NCBI GenBank assembly: GCA_937902275.1 | Contig: CALFNW010000087.1 | Coordinates: 2,988-66,987, forward strand | Length of the DNA stretch: 64,000 bases | Source of the DNA: an uncultured Clostridia bacterium | Lineage (GTDB): Bacteria; Bacillota; Clostridia; Oscillospirales; CAG-272 | Reading direction: 5' to 3' | In this document: positions 27,008 through 36,595 of the stretch, in pieces | Position numbering within the stretch: position 1 is the stretch's first letter | Layout: each line of letters opens with the position of its first letter | Translations under genes and position numbers: made by a program | Notes under the pieces: generated by a model | Told to the model about the DNA's origin: nothing | Seen by the model: only the letters and a program-made list of their open reading frames with translations | The model's database searches: none

Positions 27008-28449
27008 TAAAGATATATTCTGACGTCCTTGATCTGAGATTTTGCCCAAAATTCATGCCAATAAAGCTTAAGCCCGCCGCCGATATCACCGTGCTTTATC
27101 GCAAGTGCAAACTTCAATTCACCGTTGACAAAGACCTCCGCCCTGCAGTTTGAGACCCGCAATGCGTAAATATCATTCATTGCGGCGATCGGACAGCCGA
27201 CAGAAGCGGCAATAAGCTCGCCCGAATCGTAAAGCTCAAGGCGCGAAGCAAGTCCGCAGACTCTGAGCTCAAATCTGCCGAAACTTACCGAGCTGTAGCT
27301 GTCGCGACTTCTCCCTCCGTGATTTGCCGTACGGAAATCAAAGGTCAAAAGCATTTTGTCGCTTGCAGTAATATCGGTTTTGGCACGGAGCTCACGCGGC
27401 TCGCTCTGATATCTGACGATAAATTTATTGTAATTTGTCGATATTGAGTCAATGTCGCCTTCAAAGCCGTCTTTGGTTGTCATGTCGCTTTCGTATGCAA
27501 GCTTAAAACTCTCGGATATGTCAAAATGCCCGCCAACCTTGATCTTGCAACAGTCGGTAAAGTTTCCGTCAAGCGTGTGCGCGCATACATCGGCGTCGCC
27601 CTCGGCATGCGCAAAGATCCTGCCGTATCGGTCGACCGTGCAAACTCCCGTATCGGACGAATCGAATACCAGAGTTTTGACATCGGCGTTATCGGGATAG
27701 ACGTGCGCCGTAAGCGAGCACGCTTCTCCGACCTTAAGCGTCGCCGAATGTCTGTAAAGCTTAACGCCGTCAACCCTGACAAGCGGGTTGACACCGCTCG
27801 CGATTCTTCGCAGATTCATCGCGCGCACCGTGTCGATTATTGCATCAAACCATGCCTGCGCGATCTTTTCGTTGCCCTGCTCGGACGGGTGACCGTCATC
27901 CTCGGGAAAATCTCCCGCGGCTTTGTCAAGCGTCGGAAGCTGTACAAAGATAAAGCGCTTCCCTTTGGCGTCGGCAATGCCCGGAGCCTCATCGCGGAGA
28001 AAATCATCGAGCGGCTTATGCGAAAGCATTGACGCACCGAAGATCACCGCCTCCGGCGTGAGCTTCCAGATCTCATCAAGCAGGGCGATATAACGCTCGC
28101 CTATTTTGTCAAGCTCGATATTCTGTCCGTAATCGTTCGTGCCGATCCACAAAAGGACTATATCGGCTTTTTTTACCTCTTCGGCATATGCGGCGTTGCG
28201 CAGATTCTTTCGGACAGCTCCGCCGTGTTCTTCGGTTTCGTCGCCAATGATATATCCGCAGTTTCCGCCGTGATGCGCAAACAAACGCGGCAAACGTACA
28301 TCGTCACGGCTGGTCGACGGACCGATAAAACGAAAATCGACACCGGCAGTCCAAAGCTTCTCAAACAGCTGATAGCGATATGCGCTCGGATTTCCGTCGC
28401 CCTCGGTCAGCGAATCGCCCATACAAAATATTTTCACAGTATATGGCAT
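27007..28449 (-). CDS. Leaderless SGNH esterase with Big_2 and LamG/ConA-like C-terminal domains
   Basis: The GDSL block starts at residue 10 (MPYTVKIFCMGDSLTEGDG), so there is no room for a signal peptide. It also has WIGTNDY, DDGHPS, a Big_2-like segment (ATLKVGEACSLTAHVYPDNADVKTLVFDSSDTGVCTVDRYGRIFAHAEGDADV) and a beta-sandwich tail. Confidence 0.75.
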   Translation of the reverse strand: MPYTVKIFCMGDSLTEGDGNPSAYRYQLFEKLWTAGVDFRFIGPSTSRDDVRLPRLFAHHGGNCGYIIGDETEEHGGAVRKNLRNAAYAEEVKKADIVLLWIGTNDYGQNIELDKIGERYIALLDEIWKLTPEAVIFGASMLSHKPLDDFLRDEAPGIADAKGKRFIFVQLPTLDKAAGDFPEDDGHPSEQGNEKIAQAWFDAIIDTVRAMNLRRIASGVNPLVRVDGVKLYRHSATLKVGEACSLTAHVYPDNADVKTLVFDSSDTGVCTVDRYGRIFAHAEGDADVCAHTLDGNFTDCCKIKVGGHFDISESFKLAYESDMTTKDGFEGDIDSISTNYNKFIVRYQSEPRELRAKTDITASDKMLLTFDFRTANHGGRSRDSYSSVSFGRFELRVCGLASRLELYDSGELIAASVGCPIAAMNDIYALRVSNCRAEVFVNGELKFALAIKHGDIGGGLKLYWHEFWAKSQIKDVRIYL

Positions 28450-28470
28450 TTCATTTTACCTCGAATAAAT

Positions 28471-29997
28471 TCATTGATCCTCAAAGCAGGGTTTGACCGC
28501 ATCGGCACAAACGGTATAAAATTCGCTTCCGAGCTCGGTCTTGTTTTCCTCAAGTAACTTTACGCCCTCTTCACCAAACGGAATGTTGAGCAATTCCCCC
28601 GTGCCGTCAAGCGGCTTCCCGGCAGTCAGCGCATACCGCTTTCCGTTCGGCATAACATATACGTTGTGATTGAAGTTGAACTGTTCGGGACCTATGGCGC
28701 GCGCAAATACCGCATAGCAGGTGGTAAGCACGCCCACATTTTCGGAGATATTGCAGTCAATGAACCTTGTTGTGGTCTCGCCGAGTCCGCCGTAGAAAAA
28801 GTTTGCGTCCTTATTCGGACGCTGATGGCTCCACCCGTATCCCGAATACAGAGTATAATTGTGATGCAGTTTCATATTTCTGATCTCAAACCTGTACGTA
28901 CCGTCATCATTCGACGCGCCGAGCCAGACCTCAAGTCCGTTGTTGGAATATTCGGTAACATTGTGGTCGAATTCAATATTTTCAAAGATCACGTCCTCGC
29001 CGCAAGGTCTGCCGCACCATTGCGTTGTCCAACAGCAGTCATATACCTGAGTGGCAAAACAGTGATGGATCCTGAAGTCGCGGCAATTTGACCAATTTTC
29101 CACCGCGTTTCCGAAGCGTACCGGGTCATTTCCGCCCGAGCTCGGACCCTGGATCGAACCGCCGATATACCTGAACACGCAATAGCTTACGGTCACACCC
29201 ACAGTATTTGCGGTACCGATACCGTGAGCACCGGCACCGAACAGTTCAAGGTTATCGACTGTCGCATACTTTACGTCGCCCCAAAAACCGTGACGCTTCG
29301 GGCAAAGCTCGACCGAATCAAATCTTTCGCCGGGATTTCCCTTTGACGAATACATATACACAGTATCATCTTCCCAACTGTGGTAAAACTCAAGATCCCG
29401 ATGCACGAGATACGGCTTTACCGCCGGCTCCTCCGGAGCATCGAATTTTTCAAGTCCGTTTGATACTCTGCCGATAAACATACGGGTATTTTTAACACTG
29501 TTGAGCGATACCTTGATACCCCAAGCATTGCCGCCGTTAATTACGATACATCCGATATCGGTGTCGACTCCGGGGAGCCTGCGTTTGTATGCCCAGATGT
29601 TTTCGTTTTCGGTAGGCGACCAGCTTTCAGGTGATGAAGCATCAAGCGCAAAATTAAGTATCGGCTTAGCTCCCGAGCCGAATGCCGAGTAGGTTACACC
29701 CTCTCTGAGCATTATATCGCCGCGCGCGTTCTCATCAAGCGCAACACGGAAAAAGTCGCCGCGTCTGAACAGCAATGCGTCGCCGGGGCGGCACTCACAG
29801 GCATTCGCTCTCGTCACCGTTTTCCACGCGCTTTCGGGACTCAGACCGTCATTTTCATCGTTACCGTCGTTTGAAATATAGTAAGCGGTCCCCTTTATGT
29901 GCACATCGGTCACGGATTCAAATATTTCTTTTTTGAGCGTTTCGGCTTCGGATACATACTTTTCAAGCTTGTCAGAAGTAATATTCCCAAACTTCAT
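28471..29997 (-). CDS. Beta-helix module protein, paralog 1 (leaderless)
   Basis: The YYISNDGNDENDGLSPESAWKT entry motif is typical of right-handed parallel beta-helix proteins. It shares the family blocks GVTYSAFGSGAKP, LEFYHSW, GAHGIG, GGSIQG, FGNAVE, YDCCWTTQ, GYGWSHQRPNKDANFFYG and FNFNHNVYVM. The start is the ATG after the cassette GGAG. Confidence 0.7.
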   Translation of the reverse strand: MKFGNITSDKLEKYVSEAETLKKEIFESVTDVHIKGTAYYISNDGNDENDGLSPESAWKTVTRANACECRPGDALLFRRGDFFRVALDENARGDIMLREGVTYSAFGSGAKPILNFALDASSPESWSPTENENIWAYKRRLPGVDTDIGCIVINGGNAWGIKVSLNSVKNTRMFIGRVSNGLEKFDAPEEPAVKPYLVHRDLEFYHSWEDDTVYMYSSKGNPGERFDSVELCPKRHGFWGDVKYATVDNLELFGAGAHGIGTANTVGVTVSYCVFRYIGGSIQGPSSGGNDPVRFGNAVENWSNCRDFRIHHCFATQVYDCCWTTQWCGRPCGEDVIFENIEFDHNVTEYSNNGLEVWLGASNDDGTYRFEIRNMKLHHNYTLYSGYGWSHQRPNKDANFFYGGLGETTTRFIDCNISENVGVLTTCYAVFARAIGPEQFNFNHNVYVMPNGKRYALTAGKPLDGTGELLNIPFGEEGVKLLEENKTELGSEFYTVCADAVKPCFEDQ

Positions 29998-30030
29998 AAT
30001 AATCTCCATTCCGCATCATGCGGCTCAAAC
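29998..30030 (-). repeat. Hairpin-SD-ATG cassette, short form (paralog 2/paralog 1 junction)
   Basis: The minus strand reads TTTGAG, then CCGCAtgaTGCGG (30011-30023), then AATGGAGATTATT, then the ATG at 29997. Confidence 0.6.
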
Positions 30031-30102
30031 AAATGATCGGTATTGTACATATGCTTACAGGGCAGACTGCCGATTTGAGCACGGCAGTCGCCCTGCGAGA
30101 GT

Positions 30103-31608
30103 TTACTTGGTTTTCTTATCAAGCAGGCTGAGCGTGTACATATTGATCCCGAAAGGCTCGGGTCTTGAAATATAGAACTCACTGCCCTTTTCAAAACCGG
30201 TAGCCACTGCCGCTTCGATATGCTCACGGTCGTACGGAGTCTTTACAAATCCGCCGATACCGTTTGACGGATCTTTTGCGATACCGCCGATATATTTGCC
30301 CTCCTCCATGATATAAACATTGTCATGGAAGTTGTACTGACTTGGTCCGGTCGCGCAGACAAGCAATGCATATTTTGATGTAAAGTAGTTTATGTTGTGA
30401 CAGATATTGTTGTTTTCAAATTTACAGGTCACATTTGTCGCGCCGTAGAAGAAATTACCGTCCTTGTTAGTACGCTGATGGCTCCAACCGTAGCCGTTGT
30501 ATCTGGTATAATTGTCATGCAGGTTCATATTGGTGATAACACCGCCGCCGTTCCAGACTTCAAGTCCGGTATTGCAGAACTCGGTGACGTTCTTGTACAT
30601 CTGAACATTGTTCATGACGACCGCGCCCTGATTCTGAACCGTCCAACAGCAGTCATATACCTGAGACGCATAGCAATAGCGGATCGTAAAGTTATCGCTC
30701 GCACCGTAGGATTCCACCGCATTTCCGAAGCGTACGCCGTAGTCCTGGTTGAAAATGTATTTTCCCTGAATGGAGCCGCCGATCCACTTGAGCACGCAAT
30801 ACTGCACAAGCAGATTTTTGACGGAGCCGTATCCGATACCGTGGCTTCCGGCGCCGAAGATCTCAAGATTGTCTATTACCACATCCTCGCCGCAACCGGC
30901 AATTCCGTGACCCTTATCAACGATCTCTATGCTGTCGAAAACTTCGCCCGGGTTTCCGGAGGCGCAGTAAAGGTAAAGAGTATCGTCCTCCCAATTGTGG
31001 TAAAATTCAAGATTGTTGTGTATCGCGCTCATATCGTCAAAGCTTCCGCCCGCTGACAGATAGGTTTCAATACCGTTGAAGACCTCGCCGTTGCTCATGC
31101 GCGAGCCGTCTTTTTTCATCTGAACCTGCACGCCCCAGGCACGTCCGCCGTCGAATACGATAGTTCCGACGTCTCTTTCGTCGGGTATCTTTTCAACAAA
31201 CTCGTATATATTCTCATACTTTGTTTTGATCCACTTATCGGCGCCCGAACCGTCTACCGATGCAATAAGCTTCGGCTTCGCGCCCGAACCGTATGCCGAA
31301 TAAGTAACGCCCTTCTGAGTCTGCAAATGCTTTACGATCCTCCACGAATCGCCTCTTTTGAAGAATACGCCGTCGCCTTCTTCAAAGGTAAACCCGCAAA
31401 CCTTGCCGACGGTCTTCCACGGGCTTTCGGGAGAGCGTCCGTCGTTTGAGTCGTCGCCGTCTGCGGCAACATAATACTTTGTGCCCTTGACCGTTACGGT
31501 CGTAGGCGAAGTTTCGATCTCGTGGATCAGCGTTTCGGTCTCCGCCTGATACTTTGCAATCGCCGCGTCAACCTTTGTCTGGTCTTCAATAACAAATTTT
31601 TCTGCCAT
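30103..31608 (-). CDS. Beta-helix module protein, paralog 2 (leaderless)
   Basis: It is the closest by-eye match to residues ~225-715 of the SLH protein. It carries the same blocks (GSHGIGYGS, WIGGSIQGKYIF, FGNAVESYG, YDCCWTVQN, EFCNTGLEVWNGGG, GYGWSHQRTNKDGNFFYG). GGGAGG lies 9 nt before the ATG at 31608. Confidence 0.7.
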   Translation of the reverse strand: MAEKFVIEDQTKVDAAIAKYQAETETLIHEIETSPTTVTVKGTKYYVAADGDDSNDGRSPESPWKTVGKVCGFTFEEGDGVFFKRGDSWRIVKHLQTQKGVTYSAYGSGAKPKLIASVDGSGADKWIKTKYENIYEFVEKIPDERDVGTIVFDGGRAWGVQVQMKKDGSRMSNGEVFNGIETYLSAGGSFDDMSAIHNNLEFYHNWEDDTLYLYCASGNPGEVFDSIEIVDKGHGIAGCGEDVVIDNLEIFGAGSHGIGYGSVKNLLVQYCVLKWIGGSIQGKYIFNQDYGVRFGNAVESYGASDNFTIRYCYASQVYDCCWTVQNQGAVVMNNVQMYKNVTEFCNTGLEVWNGGGVITNMNLHDNYTRYNGYGWSHQRTNKDGNFFYGATNVTCKFENNNICHNINYFTSKYALLVCATGPSQYNFHDNVYIMEEGKYIGGIAKDPSNGIGGFVKTPYDREHIEAAVATGFEKGSEFYISRPEPFGINMYTLSLLDKKTK

Positions 31609-31650
31609 AATCATTTTCCTCCCACCGCGTATGCGGATAAATTATAATTT

Positions 31651-33156
31651 TTATTTGGATTTTTTCTGCGCAAGGCAGTACATATTCATGCCGAAAGGTT
31701 CTTTCTCGGTTATATAAAATTTGCCGCCCTTTTCAAAGCCGGTTGCAACCGCCGCTTCAATATGCTCGCGGTCGTACGGGGTCTGCACAAATCCGCCTTC
31801 TCCGTTTGACGGATCCTTGGCAATGCCGCCGAGATATCTGCCCTTTTCCATGAAATATACATTATCATGGAAATTGTACTGACTCGGTCCGGTCGCGCAG
31901 ACAAGCAGTGCGTTTTCGGAAGTAAAATAGTTTACATTATTCCAAACACGGTTGTTTTCATACTCGCAGTTCACGTTTGAACCGCCGTAGAAGAAGTTTC
32001 CGTCCTTGTTCGGACGCTGATGGCTCCAACCGTATCCGTTGTACCTGGTATAATTGTCATGAAGATCCATATTCTTGATCTCACCGCCGCCGTTCCAGAC
32101 TTCAAGCCCGGTATTGCAGAACTCGGTGACATTTTTATACATCTTGACATTGTTCATTTTGACGGCGTCAAGGCACTGCACCGTCCAACAGCAGTCATAT
32201 ATCTGAGACGCATAGCAATGATGGAAAGAGATGCCGTCGCTTGAACCGTAGGATTCTACCGCATTTCCGAGCCGCGTTCCGTAGTCGCGCCCGAAAATGT
32301 ACATTCCCTGAACCGAGCCGCCGATCCATCTAAGCGTGCAGTATCTGACTTCGAGATTTTTTACACTGCCGTATCCGATACCGTGACGTCCGGGGCCGAA
32401 GATCTCAATATTATCAATGACCACATCGTCGCCGCAGCCTCTGATCGCGTTGATCGCAACAAGTATTTCGATCGAACCGAACAGCTTGCCGGGATTACCG
32501 CCGCGGCAGCAGAGATAAAGCTCGCCCGTGCCGCTGAAATCATTATAAAATTCCAGATTGCCGCTGAGCGCGCCGAGATCGTCAAAAGCACCGCCGTCCG
32601 AAACATAGGTCTCAAGTCCGTTGAATACGAGTCCGTTTGCAAGGCGCTCTCCGTTCTTTTTCTTCTGAACCTGTATGCCCCATGCTTTGCCGTCGTCAAA
32701 AACAATAAGACCGACATTATGGTTAAAGTCAAAGCTTCCGGCGGTATATTTGTAAATATCCGGAAACTCTGTCTTTTCCCACTTGTCTTCGCCCGAACCG
32801 TCGATCGAAGCGATCAGCTTAGGCTTTGCACCCGTACCGAACGCCGAGTAAGTAACGCCCTTTTTGGTCATAAGCGAGGAAGTTATACGCCACTTGTCGC
32901 CGCGCTTGAAGAACACTCCGTCGCCCTCGGCAAAGTCTTCTTTGTTTACTCGCTCAACGCTTTTCCACGCCTTTTCAGGAGAACGTCCGTCGTTTGAGTC
33001 GTCGCCGTCTGCGGCAACATAATACTTTGTACCCTTGACCGTTACGGTCGTAGGCGAAGTCTCTATCTCCGCAATCAGCTCATCGGTTTCCTTAATATAC
33101 CTTTCAAGCTCCGCGTCGATCGTTTTTTTGTCCTCGATAATAAAATTGTTTCCCAT
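31651..33156 (-). CDS. Beta-helix module protein, paralog 3 (leaderless)
   Basis: 501 aa with the same conserved blocks. Its N-terminal 29 codons are near-identical at DNA level to paralog 2. Confidence 0.7.
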   Translation of the reverse strand: MGNNFIIEDKKTIDAELERYIKETDELIAEIETSPTTVTVKGTKYYVAADGDDSNDGRSPEKAWKSVERVNKEDFAEGDGVFFKRGDKWRITSSLMTKKGVTYSAFGTGAKPKLIASIDGSGEDKWEKTEFPDIYKYTAGSFDFNHNVGLIVFDDGKAWGIQVQKKKNGERLANGLVFNGLETYVSDGGAFDDLGALSGNLEFYNDFSGTGELYLCCRGGNPGKLFGSIEILVAINAIRGCGDDVVIDNIEIFGPGRHGIGYGSVKNLEVRYCTLRWIGGSVQGMYIFGRDYGTRLGNAVESYGSSDGISFHHCYASQIYDCCWTVQCLDAVKMNNVKMYKNVTEFCNTGLEVWNGGGEIKNMDLHDNYTRYNGYGWSHQRPNKDGNFFYGGSNVNCEYENNRVWNNVNYFTSENALLVCATGPSQYNFHDNVYFMEKGRYLGGIAKDPSNGEGGFVQTPYDREHIEAAVATGFEKGGKFYITEKEPFGMNMYCLAQKKSK

Positions 33157-33213
33157 AAAAAATCCCCCACACTGTTTTTAATGTATTAGACTTCAAGCTT
33201 CTGAGCAGAGCCT

Positions 33214-34710
33214 TTAAGCAAAGCCCTTGAGCTTTCCGTATAATCTGTACATATCGTCACCGAAATTTTCGGTCAGATAAAATTTTGAGCCGCGCTCAAA
33301 GCCGGTATCAACCGCAGCCTTTACGTGCGCTTCATCATACGGCACGTCGGTAAAATGTCCCGAGCCTTCGCCCGGATTTTCCGCTACGCCGCCGAGCATT
33401 TTCCCTTCTTCCATAATGTAGATATTGTCGTGGAAATTATACTGCTTCGGCCCTGTCGCGCAAACGAGATGCGAGAACACCGATGCAAAATAATTCAGAT
33501 TATTGCAGACATCGTTGTTTTTATATACAGATGTCGTGTTCTCCGCACCGTAAAAGAAATTGCCGTCCTTGCCGGGGCGCTGATGGCTGAAGCCGTAGCC
33601 GCAGTAGCGGTTAATGTTGTCATGCAGCCTCATATTTTCGATCAGCGTTCCGCTCTGCCATACCTCAAGTCCCGTGTTACAGAACTCGGCGACATTTTTG
33701 TAATAATGAATGTTTTTGAACTCGGCAGGTCCGTACTGTACGGTATAACAGCAGTCGTATACCTGCGATGAGTAGCAATGATGGATAGTAAAGCCGTCGC
33801 AGTATCGGCTTGCCGCCTCTACCGCATTGCCGAAGCGCGTATGATAATCGCGTCCGAAGATAAACGGCTCCTGTATCGCTCCGCCTATCCATTCAAACGT
33901 GCAATAAGAGACGCTCAGATTTTCCACCGATTCTCCGCAACCGATTCCGTGCGCACCGACTCCGTATACCGAAAGATTGTCTATCGCAACATCCTTGACG
34001 ATCCTGCCCGAAAAGCCGTGCATACGCCGGGTGATCTCAATGCTGTCAAACAGCTTTCCGGGATCGCCCTGCTTCGAGCAAAGGTATATCCCGCCGTCGT
34101 TCCAATCATGATAAAACTCAAGGTCATTCTTTAATCCGTGATAATCGGGAAGCGGATCGTTGCAGTCACCGATCCATTCACGGCCGTTGAATACCCGTCC
34201 GTTGTTCAGACGGTTGCCGCTTTTGGTTCCGGAGACCTTGATCCCCCACAGCGCACCGCCGTTTATTACTATCATCGACGCGTCATACTCAAAACCCGTA
34301 AAGCGCCTGTTGTATACAAACACGTCCTCACGGTCGGTCGGAAGCCAGCTTCCCTCGCCCGATGCGTCAAGCGAAAATATCAAAAGCGGCTTTTTGCCTT
34401 CTCCGTAAGTAGAATAAGTAACTCCGTTCTTGATGAAAACCGATTCTTCGGAGCGGAAGCGTTCTCCCCGTTTGAACAGCACTGCGTCTCCCTGCCTTAA
34501 GTCTGCTTGATTCACCATCGCTATGCTTTTCCATGCGCGCTCGGGAGAAGCGCCGTCGTTTGAATCGTCCCCGAACTCGGAAACATAATAGGCTTTGCCC
34601 GTATAAGTAATATCCGTTTTTGAATTTTTGATTTCGGAAATAAGCGTATCGGTTGCTTCAATGCACTTTTCAATAAAACGATCGTCCGTCTTGTGTAATA
34701 TTTTTTCCAT
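33214..34710 (-). CDS. Beta-helix module protein, paralog 4 (leaderless)
   Basis: 498 aa with the same blocks in more diverged form (GAHGIGCG, WIGGAIQ, FGNAVE, YDCCYTVQ, EFCNTGLEVW, GYGFSHQRPGKDGNFFYG). It is preceded by AAAGGAGATTATT-ATG. Confidence 0.7.
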   Translation of the reverse strand: MEKILHKTDDRFIEKCIEATDTLISEIKNSKTDITYTGKAYYVSEFGDDSNDGASPERAWKSIAMVNQADLRQGDAVLFKRGERFRSEESVFIKNGVTYSTYGEGKKPLLIFSLDASGEGSWLPTDREDVFVYNRRFTGFEYDASMIVINGGALWGIKVSGTKSGNRLNNGRVFNGREWIGDCNDPLPDYHGLKNDLEFYHDWNDGGIYLCSKQGDPGKLFDSIEITRRMHGFSGRIVKDVAIDNLSVYGVGAHGIGCGESVENLSVSYCTFEWIGGAIQEPFIFGRDYHTRFGNAVEAASRYCDGFTIHHCYSSQVYDCCYTVQYGPAEFKNIHYYKNVAEFCNTGLEVWQSGTLIENMRLHDNINRYCGYGFSHQRPGKDGNFFYGAENTTSVYKNNDVCNNLNYFASVFSHLVCATGPKQYNFHDNIYIMEEGKMLGGVAENPGEGSGHFTDVPYDEAHVKAAVDTGFERGSKFYLTENFGDDMYRLYGKLKGFA

Positions 34711-34818
34711 AATAATCTCCTTTCCGGTCAGGCCGGTAAAAATAATAACAGTATGAATTTTCCCCCCACACTGATATTACGTGTTACCCACGCTTTACCC
34801 CGAACACGCTTTCATTCC

Positions 34819-36285
34819 CTATAGGCATAACTTAAACATATCGTCTCCGAAATTTTCGGTCACATAAAACTCTGAGCCGCGTTCAAAACCGGTGTCAACT
34901 GCCGCTTTTACCGATTCGTCATCGTACAGTATCTCCGCCTTTTCCGAATTACCGTGGCTCGGGCAGGTCGATATTCCGCCGAGGTGTTTGCCCTCCTCCA
35001 TAACATACAGATTATCATGGAAATTGTACTGATCCGCGCCCGTTGCATGAACGAGCAACGCATAGTACGAGGAAAAATAATTTATATTGTGGCAAATATC
35101 GTTGTTTATATATGTGCTTGTAACGTCGCGTGCACCGTAAAAAAAGTTTCCGTCCTTGTTAGGACGCTGATGGCTGAAGCCGTAGCCGCAATAACGGGTA
35201 ATGTTATCATATAACTTCATGTTTTCAAGCCTGCCGCCCTTAAGCCAGATCTCCAAACCCGTGTTGCAGAATTCCGCGACATTTCCGCACATTTCAATAT
35301 CGATCATCGACACCGCCGCTCCGTATTGCACCGTGTAGCAGCAGTCAAATATCTGCGACGAACAGCAGTTTTTGATCCGCAAACGGTTGCCGTAGTGGAA
35401 CTGAACGGCGTTTCCGTATCGCGTATGATAATCGCGGTCGAAAATAAACCTGCCCTGGATCGAACCTCCGATAAATCTGAAACAGCAGTTCTGAACCGTG
35501 ACGTTTTCAGAGACACAAAATCCGATGCCGTGCGAGCCGGTGCCGAAAACCGCAAGATTATCGACCACCACATTTTTACCCTCACCGTCGATCCCATGAC
35601 CCTTATCCGAAAGCTCTATAGAACCAAACCGCTCGCCGGGATTGCCGTGCGCACTGTAAAGATATATGAGATCATCGCTCGGATCATGGAAAAATTCAAG
35701 ATCGGCGTGCAGATCGCGGTATCCCGAGAATTCCGAATTGTCGGGAGCAATAAATTCAAGTCCGTTAAACACTCTGCCGTTATCAAGTCTGTGACCGTTT
35801 TTGCGCTCGCTGACCTTTATTCCCCAAGCACGCCCGTTGTCAAAAATTATCAGTCCGACATCACGCTCGTCGGCAGGTATTGCCTCGGTAAATCTGTACA
35901 CACATGGACAATCGGTTTTAATCCAACGCTCCTTACCGTCAGCACAGACCGAGCAGACGATAACAGGCTTTTCGCCTTCTCCGTATGCCGAATAGGTGAC
36001 GCCTGCCTTGGCGTGGAGCGGCTCAACCGTTCTGAAGCGGCAACCGCGCTCAAAAAGCACCCCGTCTCCCCCGGAAAGCTCTGCCGCATTGACCCGCTCA
36101 ATGCTTCTCCATGCATTCTCGGGTGTTTTTCCGTCGCACGAATCGTCGCCGTGCTCGGAAACATAGTAAGCATTGCCGCAAAACTTCACCTCGGTCGAAG
36201 ATGCAAGTATTTCGCTTATCCGCTTCTCGCATTTTTCATTCAGACGCGCAATAAAACTCGCGTCGGCTTTCTTTAAGAACTGCAT
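34819..36285 (-). CDS. Beta-helix module protein, paralog 5 (leaderless, first gene of the operon)
   Basis: 488 aa with the same blocks (GSHGIGF, FIGGSIQG, YGNAVQ, FDCCYTVQ, EFCNTGLEIW, GYGFSHQRPNKDGNFFYG). Confidence 0.7.
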   Translation of the reverse strand: MQFLKKADASFIARLNEKCEKRISEILASSTEVKFCGNAYYVSEHGDDSCDGKTPENAWRSIERVNAAELSGGDGVLFERGCRFRTVEPLHAKAGVTYSAYGEGEKPVIVCSVCADGKERWIKTDCPCVYRFTEAIPADERDVGLIIFDNGRAWGIKVSERKNGHRLDNGRVFNGLEFIAPDNSEFSGYRDLHADLEFFHDPSDDLIYLYSAHGNPGERFGSIELSDKGHGIDGEGKNVVVDNLAVFGTGSHGIGFCVSENVTVQNCCFRFIGGSIQGRFIFDRDYHTRYGNAVQFHYGNRLRIKNCCSSQIFDCCYTVQYGAAVSMIDIEMCGNVAEFCNTGLEIWLKGGRLENMKLYDNITRYCGYGFSHQRPNKDGNFFYGARDVTSTYINNDICHNINYFSSYYALLVHATGADQYNFHDNLYVMEEGKHLGGISTCPSHGNSEKAEILYDDESVKAAVDTGFERGSEFYVTENFGDDMFKLCL

Positions 36286-36380
36286 AATGCTCTTTCATAT
36301 CGGCGAAGCCGACTCAGACTGCAACCGACAATCTTTCGGAAATTGTCTGCAAACAAAAAAGGAGACTACGGCGTTCACGC
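36286..36380 (-). repeat. Structured intergenic repeat (truncated long form) ending in the cassette at the paralog 5 start
   Basis: The minus strand reads ...CTGAG, then TCGGCttcGCCGA (36300-36312), then TATGAAAGAGCATT, then the ATG at 36285. The upstream part has AAATT-spaced hairpins similar to other long copies. The boundaries are approximate. Confidence 0.5.
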
Positions 36381-36595
36381 TCCGGAATCAATACACCGGC
36401 GCAACCCTCCGCGAAGCCGCGGCGCTTTTCGGTTTTTGAACGTAATATCTCCATTAAACACGCCCGAAGTCATACGACCCGTATCGGGCTTATTTCAGAC
36501 CGGCATTCGTCGGTCTCCTGTCCGCATTATACCATTCCGCACGAGGTACGGTACAGCAGCCGCAAAAGCTTGCAGCGGCAGGGCTTTCTGCGCAT

